In this document: piece after piece, positions 13,401 to 21,838 of the stretch | Position numbering within the stretch: position 1 is the first letter of the stretch | Layout: each line of letters starts with the position of its first letter | Assembly (NCBI GenBank): GCA_024704765.1 | Contig: JAKMXF010000074.1 | Location: 1-34,473, forward strand | Length of the DNA stretch: 34,473 bases | Origin: Oopsacas minuta | Lineage: Eukaryota > Animalia > Porifera | Direction of reading: 5' to 3' | The notes under the pieces: generated by a model | What the model was told of the DNA's origin: nothing | What the model saw: the letters and a program-made list of their open reading frames with translations, nothing else | Databases searched by the model: none | Position numbers and translations under genes: made by a program

Positions 13401-14177
13401 TCAAAAACGGATTTTCAATTTTGTATAGGAAGAATATTCGGATAAGAATTACGTCATATCCGACTTCTGCTATATATACGTGTATATACTACTTATGAAT
13501 AACATACCCAGGTTCTTGAGACAGTTTGAGAATTTACACACTTCATTCAGTAGCTGTTGATAAGTGTATTGGCTATTATCAGCTGGATCATTACCCTCCC
13601 TACAGAGAATTAATACTCAAACACAGGGTGATAGCAAGCTAATTAAACAAATCAGGTTTAGCCGGCCATCAGTTATTTCTATAAATATAAAGTCAAATAT
13701 GTCAAATTATAAGATCCCCATTTCCGTATGTCCTCAAGGCTCAAGCAGTGACTTTCATACATCAGACTACAATATTTCAGTTATTCGACCTAACTTGAAA
13801 TTCAAATACGAATGTGTTCGGATAACCTAGGGTACTGTGTCTAGTTAAGCTATAAAACTAACCAGTAGAATGCGATAACATCTCCTTTCCCATCCCTCAC
13901 GTGTCTATCCAGGCAATTGTAACATATGTTAGTAACAGCTCCTTTAAACCACTCAACAAATATACCTCCCTTGTTTACATCAAAATTATACTTCAGTACA
14001 CTCCCCTCTTTCCATCTCTGTTTCCAGTAGAACTGGTCTGCTATTTCTGACCAGAACTTTGTAGGTTCTTCTATTGAACGTTTGTACATGTGTCTGTACT
14101 CCTCCATGCTTTGTGTGTGACTCCTGAGTTACCTCGGAAGAGGGAGAGTACACTTCTCCTGTTATGTGTGAAGCCAT
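2782..14177 (-). CDS. ACSS2: Acetyl-CoA synthetase (ACSS2-like), 18 exons; 649 aa from ATG 14107, about 673 aa if the upstream frameshift is repaired
   Basis: Exons (minus): 14177/14107-13863, 13599-13508, 12933-12830, 12467-12395, 12325-12250, 11774-11672, 11140-11037, 10973-10899, 10565-10448, 10248-10115, 9894-9762, 4573-4517, 4445-4365, 4307-4199, 4140-4001, 3705-3646, 3463-3418, 2981-2782. All introns are GT..AG with matching phases. Motifs: [60 protein letters not shown]. Confidence 0.95.
4993..5250 (+). pseudogene. Degenerate Mutator-like (MULE) transposase fragment inside ACSS2 intron 11
   Basis: Frame reads ...[33 protein letters not shown], followed after disruption by TFKTA. This resembles the MULE pattern GExFLLxDSG...RILIF...DGTFKxxP. 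Confidence 0.55.
5331..5788. mobile_element. Putative hAT-like MITE, old
   Basis: Left end AGGGTTTCATACAGG and right end CCTGCATGAAACCCT are near-perfect inverted repeats, with GC-rich subterminal motifs. No TSD could be recognised. Confidence 0.4.
6923..9166 (+). CDS. Intronless septin/AIG1-like P-loop GTPase with N-terminal transmembrane anchor, Cys/His-rich region and coiled coils, nested antisense in ACSS2 intron 11
   Basis: Long ORF from 6821 (781 aa). The likely start is ATG 6923, followed by the hydrophobic segment [19 protein letters not shown]1 GATGSGKT, G3 DTPGFG, G4-like TFAD. Cys cluster [12 protein letters not shown]...C...[13 protein letters not shown], flanked by heptad-rich helices. 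Confidence 0.85.
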   Translation: MLIELLFTIIFICFVGGVFYIIQIQNDLIKHPRHSETQNENSFLKEFFIQQMKRTNTPTREEPVNKYSTNENATDMSGQAQNQQFSPPCGSSLNTCPIPPKQPEDPFASLPYSPSFVNPSPFDHKYPQKHELSRPETKIKWNPYSSTADEQDSNKGSKFSQFSSIFGKVLTSINKVTSSDKKDQQQESFEEKYVSGLLKRSTYLENVNTLKVYKLNLKKICCDTSTQLRKFEFGSSNLKKLNDKVIMIVGATGSGKTTLINTMINYVLGVQYEDKFRFRLVTDDTQDEISQAHSQTTWITAYTIHHQKGFKVDYTLTIIDTPGFGDTGGIRRDAEITKQIHNFFTTHGKKGIDHIDVVGFVVQSALPRLTFTQKYIFDQILSLFGKDIGENIYLMLTFADGKDPQVLNGIKEAHMPFKEYFKFNNSVIFDDVSEDEFASMFWQMGMKSFENFFCHFSRIKSKSLTQTRAVLEERERIETKVEGLQFEVKRGLNKLEQLKHEVEVVLQHEADLDRNKDFTYTVNEDIIVKQTLKPNTYVTNCIICNFTCHNPCGIPNDGEKYNCSAMDGGGKSNAKCRVCTKGCSWEQHKNMQYYFTTNRNTVTKTSDDLKKRYQDATGKVKSANQIILEMVNEFEAVQVVILGITEVLRKSINKLNEIALKPNPLSAAEYISILIESEKSSAEPGWQDRVEHLNGVKVKIESLAAIEKQGFDPFEEYKRKIQEERNNTEGVWCAVAGYLQKIQYWKV
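10389..10419. repeat. (CA)n microsatellite in an ACSS2 intron
   Basis: About 15 AC units read directly from the sequence. Confidence 0.95.
11345..11613 (+). mobile_element. Two Helitron-like 3' termini in an ACSS2 intron
   Basis: GC-rich hairpin GGTCGC-GTA-GCGACC, then GCAAGCGAAGCACG-CTAG|T (CTAG at 11470-11473) and GCAAGCAAAGCACG-CTAG|T (CTAG at 11609-11612). Confidence 0.45.
12035..12185. mobile_element. 151 bp pogo/Tigger-like MITE
   Basis: TA-CAGTCGCGGTCGCTTATTATGAAC ... GTTCACAATAAGTGACCATGACCG-TA: imperfect ~24 bp TIRs with TA flanks. Confidence 0.65.
13244..13472. mobile_element. Diverged Tigger-like MITE of about 230 bp
   Basis: TA-CAGTAGAACTCGAATTGGACGT versus the right-end reverse complement TAGCAGAAGTCGGATATGACGT, with TA flanks. 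Confidence 0.5.
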
Positions 14178-14619
14178 CACAATTCTCAAATACAGTATTT
14201 TAAGCATTATAATTGTATATCTTCTTGCCATTTTGTACTTGAGCAGTACCAATGCAGGTAATTACCTCTAAAGACAACCCTTTCGGTGAGAAGCAATAGC
14301 GTCGTACATTTTTGCCGCCTAAAAGCCTCAATTCAGGGCAGTGACCTGGAAAAACCATTAATTAATGCTCTGGATACTGTATAAGTTAAAATGAAAGAGT
14401 GCATTTCGCCAGAATTGGCATGATCTCGACCTATGAGCATTTTGATAGATCTTAAAAAGTGAACCCCGAAATATGGCTTATTGTATTTGTAATGAGGTAT
14501 GTCATGCTTTAAATGGCCCCAGACCAGTTATGGCATGACAGATCTACTTTCATTATTGACATAATTTTTAATGCTCTGTAAATTTTTTCTATTATAGAGA
14601 GATTTCACCAAGACACAAA

Positions 14620-15236
14620 CTTCGAAATAGTGCTAAGGATGGAAGAAAGGGCGATAAATTTCGAATGAGGTATCTTGGGCCATATGATTTTCCAGGATTT
14701 GGGAAAGGGAGTCTTCAAGCTTCGCAATCTTGTGACCAGCATTGTCCTAAAGAAGAGTCAGAATATCACCCGTCTAAAGCTATACCACAAGAAAAATGTT
14801 AAATGCTCACTACCTTTACAGGAGCTGTACAGAATGAGAAATTCATAATTTCGTGTAAGAATTTCCTTTTAATTAATGTTAGTTGTTGGAAAATTATATT
14901 ATTTTGGACAATTGACAATAATCTTAATATTATTTTGGCTATAATATCCTATCTATTATTATAACCAATTTGAATTTATGGATACTTTCTTTTTCAGACT
15001 AAATCTCGTCATTTGGGCACAAATATAGAAACCAAACCCAAATTGTAAAACCTGGTAAAGAACCATTTTGGGAAGGATCTCAAAGAAGCACCTTATACCT
15101 CAGTTGATAGTAATGAGAGCTCAAGTAACTACTTTACTATCTCCATCCGTTTATGTTCCTAATCTGCAGAAAATATTATATACAATATCCATACGAAATT
15201 GTATATATTTCTGAACTTTGCAAATGTTGAATACTA

Positions 15237-15285
<49 letters not shown>

Positions 15286-15930
15286 TATTATTATTAACTA
15301 AAGAGTAAATGTATAAGATTTACTAGTAGGTAGACAACAACAAAATTATGTTTCGTCAGCTCATCAGTACAAACACAGCAACAGTACCAAATTAACTGAT
15401 TGCTGCTAATCTATTATTATTATTGTATTTTAGATTTATCTCCCCTATTAATTTCTTTATTAGGAGTCCATACATGATATAACGTCATCCAATCCACCTT
15501 CACACCATCTCCATTCTGGGCATACAGTCTAAATCTTAATCCAGATAATGAGCTGGAATTACTTACGGACTTTGGTTAACAGATAAACACATTGTTGTAA
15601 CTCAAAAATTGCAATACAGCAACATCCAAATTCTAATTGACTTGAAGAACCCCTCATTCTATCTGAAAAGCTTGTGTTTAAGTCACCTTCAATTTAATTT
15701 GTCCAGACAGTCAACCTAGGTAAGACACATTGGGCATGTGTTTCAACTTTCAAGCTTCAATTGTAGATGTTTATTATAGCATTCCAACATGCTCTCTTGG
15801 TTCGTTATCCCTGAGGAAACAGGTAGCCGGATATTAGGAAAACCTGGTTTTGAATTACATTTGTTGAAACAAAGACAATCAGGGGATCAGATTGTGGAGT
15901 GTTTTCTATAGCCTTTGTTAAGGCATTGAC
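14620..15930 (+). pseudogene. Remnant of a Gypsy-type-integrase (Ginger1-like) element: integrase C-terminus plus Ulp1-like cysteine protease
   Basis: 14620-14800 reads LRNSAKDGRKGDKFRMRYLGPY / QDLGKGVFKL...NITRLKLY (GPY/F region). 15573-15930 reads WLTDKHI...FVQTVNLGKTHWACVST...GSDCGVFSIAF (Ulp1 HW and DCG motifs). Both carry stops and frameshifts. Confidence 0.6.
15239..15296. repeat. (TTA)n microsatellite
   Basis: About 19 TTA units with one interruption. Confidence 0.95.
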
Positions 15931-16204
15931 CCACTTGCATGTTCCTTTGAATAAACAGGAATGAGGACGTATCTGCATTGCTGCCTAGTACAGGGTGTAT
16001 CATATGTCTTGGCGGGTATGAATTCATAATGTATAAAGTTGATTTAACCAAACCACAATTTATTATTGAATTATATTTGTCTTACACTTAACTACGAAGT
16101 CTATCTATTAAAATACACCTCTTTATAAATACTTTCACTTTGATTTGTATTTTTAACTCATTTTTTGTATTTCTCTTATCTTTTTGAAATATGAATGTCA
16201 AAGA

Positions 16205-16528
16205 TGTTTGTAACATCACTACACGTCTTGGCTAAGATATTATCTCGATAGTAGGCTCCATTTATCGTTTGTTTTTGGAGGAATGATGTGTAATTCTGAG
16301 AGAGCCCTGTGAGACATCATACCCCAGACTTGTATTTTTGTGGGAAATTTCATCTGAACGATTGGTTCAATGTTATTTGAATTCCGAGCCCAGATACGAT
16401 CGTTTTGACGATTTGGCATGGAGAATACTTGGAAAGGTGATTCATCTGACGACAACACCTTTTTCCAGTCACCAATTGTCCAATTTATGTGATCTTTAGC
16501 GAACTGGAGGCGTTTATCCTTCATTTTC
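16205..16528 (-). repeat. Inverted copy of an internal transposase segment (matches about 16887-17212)
   Basis: The minus ORF 16240-16524 and plus ORF 16891-17175 encode near-identical peptides (MKDK.LQFAKDHI.WTIGDWKKVLSSDESPF...). The DNA match extends to TACAAACA. Confidence 0.95.
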
Positions 16529-16539
16529 TGTCATGGGTT

Positions 16540-17587
16540 GTCCATTCGCCTGGAAGCAATTGCATGTTGAAAACTGGAATTGAGCAGAAGATTGTCGCTT
16601 CAAGGCTAGGTGTCGGTTTGAGGTCGATACAAAGGTGGTGGCATAACGAGAAACATGGAAAAGACCAAATACTAAACTCCGTCCTGGTAGGATTCCAACC
16701 ATGAAAAAGGTCTGCAAGATAGCCATCTCAAAATCTCTAGGGAAGAGGGGGAAGTCAACACGTAAACTTGCACGTATTCTCAATGGTAAGGGATATTCTA
16801 TCTCGCATTCAAGTATATATCGCTATTTGACCAATTCTTTGGGAGTAAAATCATTCAAACTCCCTAAAATACCTCGATTGACACATTAAAATGAAGGATA
16901 AACACCTCCAGTTCGCTAAAGATCACATAAAATGGACAATTGGTGACTGGAAAAAGGTGTTGTCGTCAGATGAATCACCTTTCCAAGTATTCTCCATACC
17001 AAATCGTCAAAACGATCGTATCTGGGCTCGGAATTCAAATAACATTGAACCTATCGTTCAGATGAAAATTTCCCACAAAAATCCAAGTCTGGGGTATGAT
17101 GTCTCACAGGGCTCTCTCAGAATTACACATCATTCCTCCGAAACAAATGACAAATGGAGCCCACTATCGAGATAATATCTTAGCCAAGACGTGTAGTGAT
17201 GCTACAAACAGAACTGCAAATACAGGTTCTATTCTGGAGAGATCAATGCTTGCTGACATGTCTGATTTGCTATTCATGCAGGATGGTGCCCCTCATCACA
17301 CTTCGAACTTGAAACAGAGATGGTGTGTAGAACACTTTCCTCGGTTTTGGAAGAAGGTTGAGTGGCCTGGTAACTCGCCACATTTAAACCCGATTGAAAA
17401 CCTCTGGTCAATATTGAAAGATCGTGTTGGACAAATGGCAAATGCTACTAAGCTGGAAGACTTAATTCTACAAGTCAAATCCGCATGGACTGATATAGAC
17501 CCTGATATTCTATAAAATTTAGTTTGTAGTATGCCAATTAGGATACAACTTGTATTAGATAGGAATGGTGGTTATATTGGCAAATAA
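16540..17587 (+). pseudogene. Tc1-like transposase pseudogene
   Basis: HTH region (IVASRLGVGLRSIQRW; STRKLAR...SHSSIYRYL), VLSSDES, FMQDGAPHH, SPHLNPIENLWS. Several frameshifts and a premature TAA at 17513-17515 precede the conserved tail SMPIRIQLVLDRNGGYIGK*. Confidence 0.9.
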
Positions 17588-17939
17588 TTGGGACAAATAC
17601 TCGATAACGGAAAATTCTATTCACATTTTACTGACCCGCCAAGACATATGATACACCCTGTACAATTGAATCTGACACTGTTTCCACCTTCAAACAAAGC
17701 CACTGAAGGAAGTGCACTAACAGGTGGCAGAGGAAGATAATAGTTTGTTAACACTGATAGTCAAGCTACGAGTAGAAATTAGTATTTTGTACAGTACTTT
17801 TATCACTTCTTTTCATATTAGTGTATCTCTCCTAATTAACAAGAAATTTAGTAATCATGAATTAGAAATAATGTAGATGTAGTTATTTTCCATGTTTAGG
17901 GATAGGACTGGGAACCCGGGAGGAAAGTGTTACTTCTAG

Positions 17940-18472
17940 GTACATAAAGTAAACAAAGTTCAAAATTGTGGTTGTAAACATGCTTTCAATGGTTATACTG
18001 AGATAATCGAGCATGCTGAGTCCGAATATGATATTGTAAACAGCATTTATATTATTAAATCTCAATTGTTGTTTGTCTGTTTGTATGTCCGTTGATATGT
18101 AAATATGTTGTTGTTGTTAAGAATACGCCTGCTCTCAACGGCTACAAAGGGTTGATCTTACAAAATAATTCAATAATATCTATGCGGAAAATTATATCTA
18201 GGACCCTATATTTAGTATTTTAAGAACTTATTATATCAGTCTAGTGTATTTTGATTTTGATTAGTTTCAAACAGGGTCCCAGAAATAATGCTAGGACCCT
18301 AGGGCACTGAGAATAACACCTCTTTATATGCCATATAAGTATATTTGTGAATTACATTGTTCTAAATATATCTATATTATAACTCTTAAAGGGCCCGTCA
18401 ATTTGGAGAATAATGGATACCTTGAGGCGGAATGCGCCGAGTTCATCGCGAAGCGACGAGCCAAAGGCTCGT
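17940..18472 (+). mobile_element. Partial copy of the Helitron-like family seen at 33.3-34.0 kb, with about 340 bp of extra sequence inserted
   Basis: Shares the GCTGAGTCCGAATATG unit, ATTATTAAATCTCAATTGTTGTTTGTCTGTTTGT, and the terminal GAGGCG.AATGCGCCGAGTTCATCGCGAAGCGACGAGCCAAAGGCTCGT with the 33.9-34.0 kb copy. Confidence 0.7.
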
Positions 18473-18589
18473 TTATATATATATATATATATATTGCGCA
18501 ATTACCTTATTGTTAAAATATCCTAATAAAATATATATAGGATGTATACGTCATTTAAGGATATATGAAACATCTATTAAATACAGAGT

Positions 18590-20293
18590 TTATTTTTTGA
18601 AGAAACTAGCCATGAACTTGTGTACCTCAACAACAACAGAATTGCACTGAATCATTCTCAGTGAGTTACAAAGTTTCTTATAGGTAGCATTATCATCTTG
18701 GTTCCTCCAAGCTACTATCATTTTAACTTTAACTTCCTGTAACCCATCTCTCTCCCAATCATACTCAATCTCACTAATCTTACCTTCCTTCAGACCCAGC
18801 TGTCTAGCTAAGAATTTCCATTCACTCTTCTGTAAACCTTCACTTACGATACAGCCCAACTCCCCAATTTCATTACCGATATCCTCATCCAAGCAGGAAA
18901 CCAAATTCGGATCAATGCTGCAATTGATAATTTTCCTTGGTAAATAATCGCTATGTATATCAACATAGTTGAATGGGTTCTTCATGCCAGGACGGAGCTT
19001 GATCTCTCTCATTCTACAGAATACTTTCGTAAAATCTGGAGATCTCAGGCTGAACCTTAAGTGGGCTGGAGAATCAGGAATTTCTTTGAAATAATAAATT
19101 TCATTTCCATTGATAGGGCTAGGAAATAATCTTTCAGGAGTGTAACTCATGTAACAATCATGAATAACTATTGGTATTAGTTTCTTTGTAAACTTAGGAT
19201 TCAATAAGTTGGAATACACTACGCTACCAGAGAAGAAGAGAGTACGATTATCATGACTAATCGGCTGGTTCTGTCCGTCTGTCATTAGTGCTTTTAGTAT
19301 GGGAGACCCTACTATCATAGTGTAATCACAGTTCTCAATACAATTCACAATCCATTGGTTGAGTGACAGATCACCTTGAATGAAATACAGATCACTCTCA
19401 ACTACAAATCCCATCTGATATAGGATGTCTGTAAGTCTGAAGAGGTAAGGGTCTCCCTCTGAGTATCCCTCGTGAGCACACAGTATAAATACAGATACCT
19501 CTTTGTGTAGAGGAGATGGAATAGCTAGTTCAAGGTCTGGTACTGGCTCGAACTGCGGGAATTTCAATATTTTAGATAAACGATCGATGTATTTCGGACT
19601 TCCGACTTTAGAATTTGATTTGTTAAACTTGGTTTGATTGAACTGTAACCTTAGAGACTCCATTGACTCTACCATACTGTAATTAAGCTTACAGCTGCTT
19701 ACCAGCTGTTTACTCAGATGTTCTGTCCACCAAGACACCTCTCCATGATACGAGCCATATCCATACTCTGTAGAGAAGCACAGTATGTAATCTCCCCCTG
19801 ATATATTCCCCAATGTATCCATAACGTAATCTCTCTCAGGTCCATACATGTGTGTGCATTCAAATAAAAACATTTTAGGTATGCCTACTAGTAAGTCATT
19901 AATGTCCTGTATCAACTGTACTATGCTGGTTACACCCCATGGCATTATGAAGTTGTTGTCAATAATGAAACCGGTGTAGTAGAAAATAAACCAGTCTACT
20001 CTCTGTTTATCTAGTTGGAATATTTCTATCTCTCTAGGCAATTGAGTGAGAAGCTTATCAGCTCTGCTTCCGTCAAAGTTTACGATATTTTCATCAGTAT
20101 TAGTCGTGTCTATCTGTCTTACTGTGAAGCCGAGTGAATGTAGAGACGAGGTAATACATTTAATATTAGCCTTGTTTGGGATAATCTCATTAGCTCCGTC
20201 AATACGATAGATACCCTCCGTTAGGACTGAGAACCCTTTAAAGTCGCTACCATCCCCCAAATCACTTAGATAGAAACTCTGTAGCATTTCCAT
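18590..20293 (-). CDS. Intronless caspase-fold (probably inactive) + SEFIR + C-terminal DEATH domain protein, 567 aa
   Basis: aa ~20-247 carry caspase-fold motifs (LHSLGFTV, FYYTGF, LVGIPKMFLFEC, DYILCFSTEYGYGSY..SWW, SPKYIDRLSKILKF). aa ~265-430 are SEFIR-like (VFILCA, ILYQMGFVVESDLY, WIVNCIENCDYTMIVGS, KLIPIV). aa ~468-560 are DEATH-like (EWKFLARQLGL...ISEIEYD...MIVAWRNQDDNATYKKLCNSL). Confidence 0.8.
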   Translation of the reverse strand: MEMLQSFYLSDLGDGSDFKGFSVLTEGIYRIDGANEIIPNKANIKCITSSLHSLGFTVRQIDTTNTDENIVNFDGSRADKLLTQLPREIEIFQLDKQRVDWFIFYYTGFIIDNNFIMPWGVTSIVQLIQDINDLLVGIPKMFLFECTHMYGPERDYVMDTLGNISGGDYILCFSTEYGYGSYHGEVSWWTEHLSKQLVSSCKLNYSMVESMESLRLQFNQTKFNKSNSKVGSPKYIDRLSKILKFPQFEPVPDLELAIPSPLHKEVSVFILCAHEGYSEGDPYLFRLTDILYQMGFVVESDLYFIQGDLSLNQWIVNCIENCDYTMIVGSPILKALMTDGQNQPISHDNRTLFFSGSVVYSNLLNPKFTKKLIPIVIHDCYMSYTPERLFPSPINGNEIYYFKEIPDSPAHLRFSLRSPDFTKVFCRMREIKLRPGMKNPFNYVDIHSDYLPRKIINCSIDPNLVSCLDEDIGNEIGELGCIVSEGLQKSEWKFLARQLGLKEGKISEIEYDWERDGLQEVKVKMIVAWRNQDDNATYKKLCNSLRMIQCNSVVVEVHKFMASFFKK

Positions 20294-20761
20294 TAGAATT
20301 GTTATTAGATAAATCTCTGTTTATTATTATATACTGAATATTCTAAGAATTTATCCCTTCCATATTATATGACATCATAATTATATGTTGTGCAACCACT
20401 GTGAAGAAGTCTCAATTAAGTAATAAGAAATTAAAATAGTCTGGATCAGATTACAACCAATGGGTTTATCTAAAGCTTATGGATTATATGTTTAATAAGT
20501 GCCGTTTCGCTTGCTTGCGCTGCTTGACTTGCAAACACTGTGTTTACATGAGACTGGGCACTTCATACCTCGAATTTAGTAAAGTATAAAATTGCAAAAT
20601 GAATTAATAAATATATCTCTCAATTATTTGTTAAGTTTTAAATTTACATATAAGAAAGTTGATAAAGCGAAATTCGGATTGAGCGTACTCAAATACACAT
20701 GTATAGCTGTTAAGAGCAATCTCTAAGTATATTTCGATATTTCAATTATTTGTTTACTCTA

Positions 20762-21675
20762 CAGTCAAGGGACAAAAGTATTCGACCACACAAATATATT
20801 GTCATAAATTGTATACTCTTTCCCGCTCCTATATATTGTGTAGTCTATATTCGTAGCTGCAATCTAGTAATTTCCATAGAATAACATATGTTTTTCAAGA
20901 ATTTCAAAAAAATATTTTCGATTTACACTTTCTGAAGGTGTTAATTATGAATAATTATTAGATAATTATTGATAATCAAATATGTGGTAATTCAAAGCCT
21001 ATTAAGAATCTATAATTTCTGACTCGATATTTGAATTCTACGTAGGCGAGTTACCCCAGATTGAAATTTCCAATCGAATTGAACAACTTTTACTAAAGTT
21101 ATAGAAGAATTTCAATTTGTCCCACTTGTGCCACTTTTTGAAAAAGTAGCACAGGTGGCAGGAAAAAGCGCCACTACAAGGAAATCAACTAGGGTTAGGA
21201 GGAATAAGTCAAAGTACTATTTTCGAATGATATGACTATGCTAACCCTTGAATTACAAAATAACTTCTTGGTAGCGGCCACTTGTGCCACCTTGGGCAAA
21301 AGGTGGCACAAATGGCACAAATTGAAATTCATCTATAACTCTGGTAAAAATTGTTCAATCCGATTGGAAATTTCAATCTGGGGTAACTCGCCTACGTAGA
21401 ATTCAAATATCAAGTCAGAAATTATAGATTCTTAATAGGCTTTGAATTACCACATATTTGATTATCAATAATTATCTAATAATTATTCATAATTAACACC
21501 TTCAGAAAGTGTAAATCGAAAATATTTTTTTGAAATTCTTGAAAAACATATGTTATTCTATGGAAATTACTAGATTGCAGCTACGAATATAGACTACACA
21601 ATATATAGGAGCGGGAAAGAGTATACAATTTATGACAATATATTTGTGTGGTCGAATACTTTTGTCCCTTTACTG
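20762..21675. mobile_element. 914 bp foldback-type non-autonomous element with ~400 bp inverted arms and Tc1/pogo-like ends
   Basis: TA|CAGTCAAGGGACAAAAGTATTCGACCAC ... GTGGTCGAATACTTTTGTCCCTTTACTG|TA. Arms 20762-~21160 and ~21279-21675 are near-identical reverse complements, with a ~120 bp spacer and no ORF. Confidence 0.9.
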
Positions 21676-21678
21676 TAT

Positions 21679-21838
21679 ATTCATAAAAACAAATAAATTC
21701 ACATATGATTAATTCGAAAGTGTGAAAATCGGAATCAGCATACTTGATTACCCCAATGTAATTGTTTACTTTCCAATAGTGTCAACAGAAGGATATGTTA
21801 TTCTCTATATTATATACGCAGATCTTCTTCCCTATTAT
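21679..21838 (-). mobile_element. Fragment(s) of Helitron-like repeats
   Basis: 21679-21745 is the reverse complement of 33474-33540. 21784-21838 matches 10314-10369, and on the minus strand contains A|TCTGCGTATATAATATAG, resembling a Helitron 5' end. Confidence 0.5.

Larger units (their letters stand above)
15991..17660 (+). mobile_element. Tc1/mariner element (DD37E spacing), 1670 bp, with perfect 27 bp TIRs and TA target duplication
   Basis: TA|CAGGGTGTATCATATGTCTTGGCGGGT (15991-16017) and ACCCGCCAAGACATATGATACACCCTG|TA (17634-17660) are exact reverse complements and enclose a transposase pseudogene. Confidence 0.95.
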
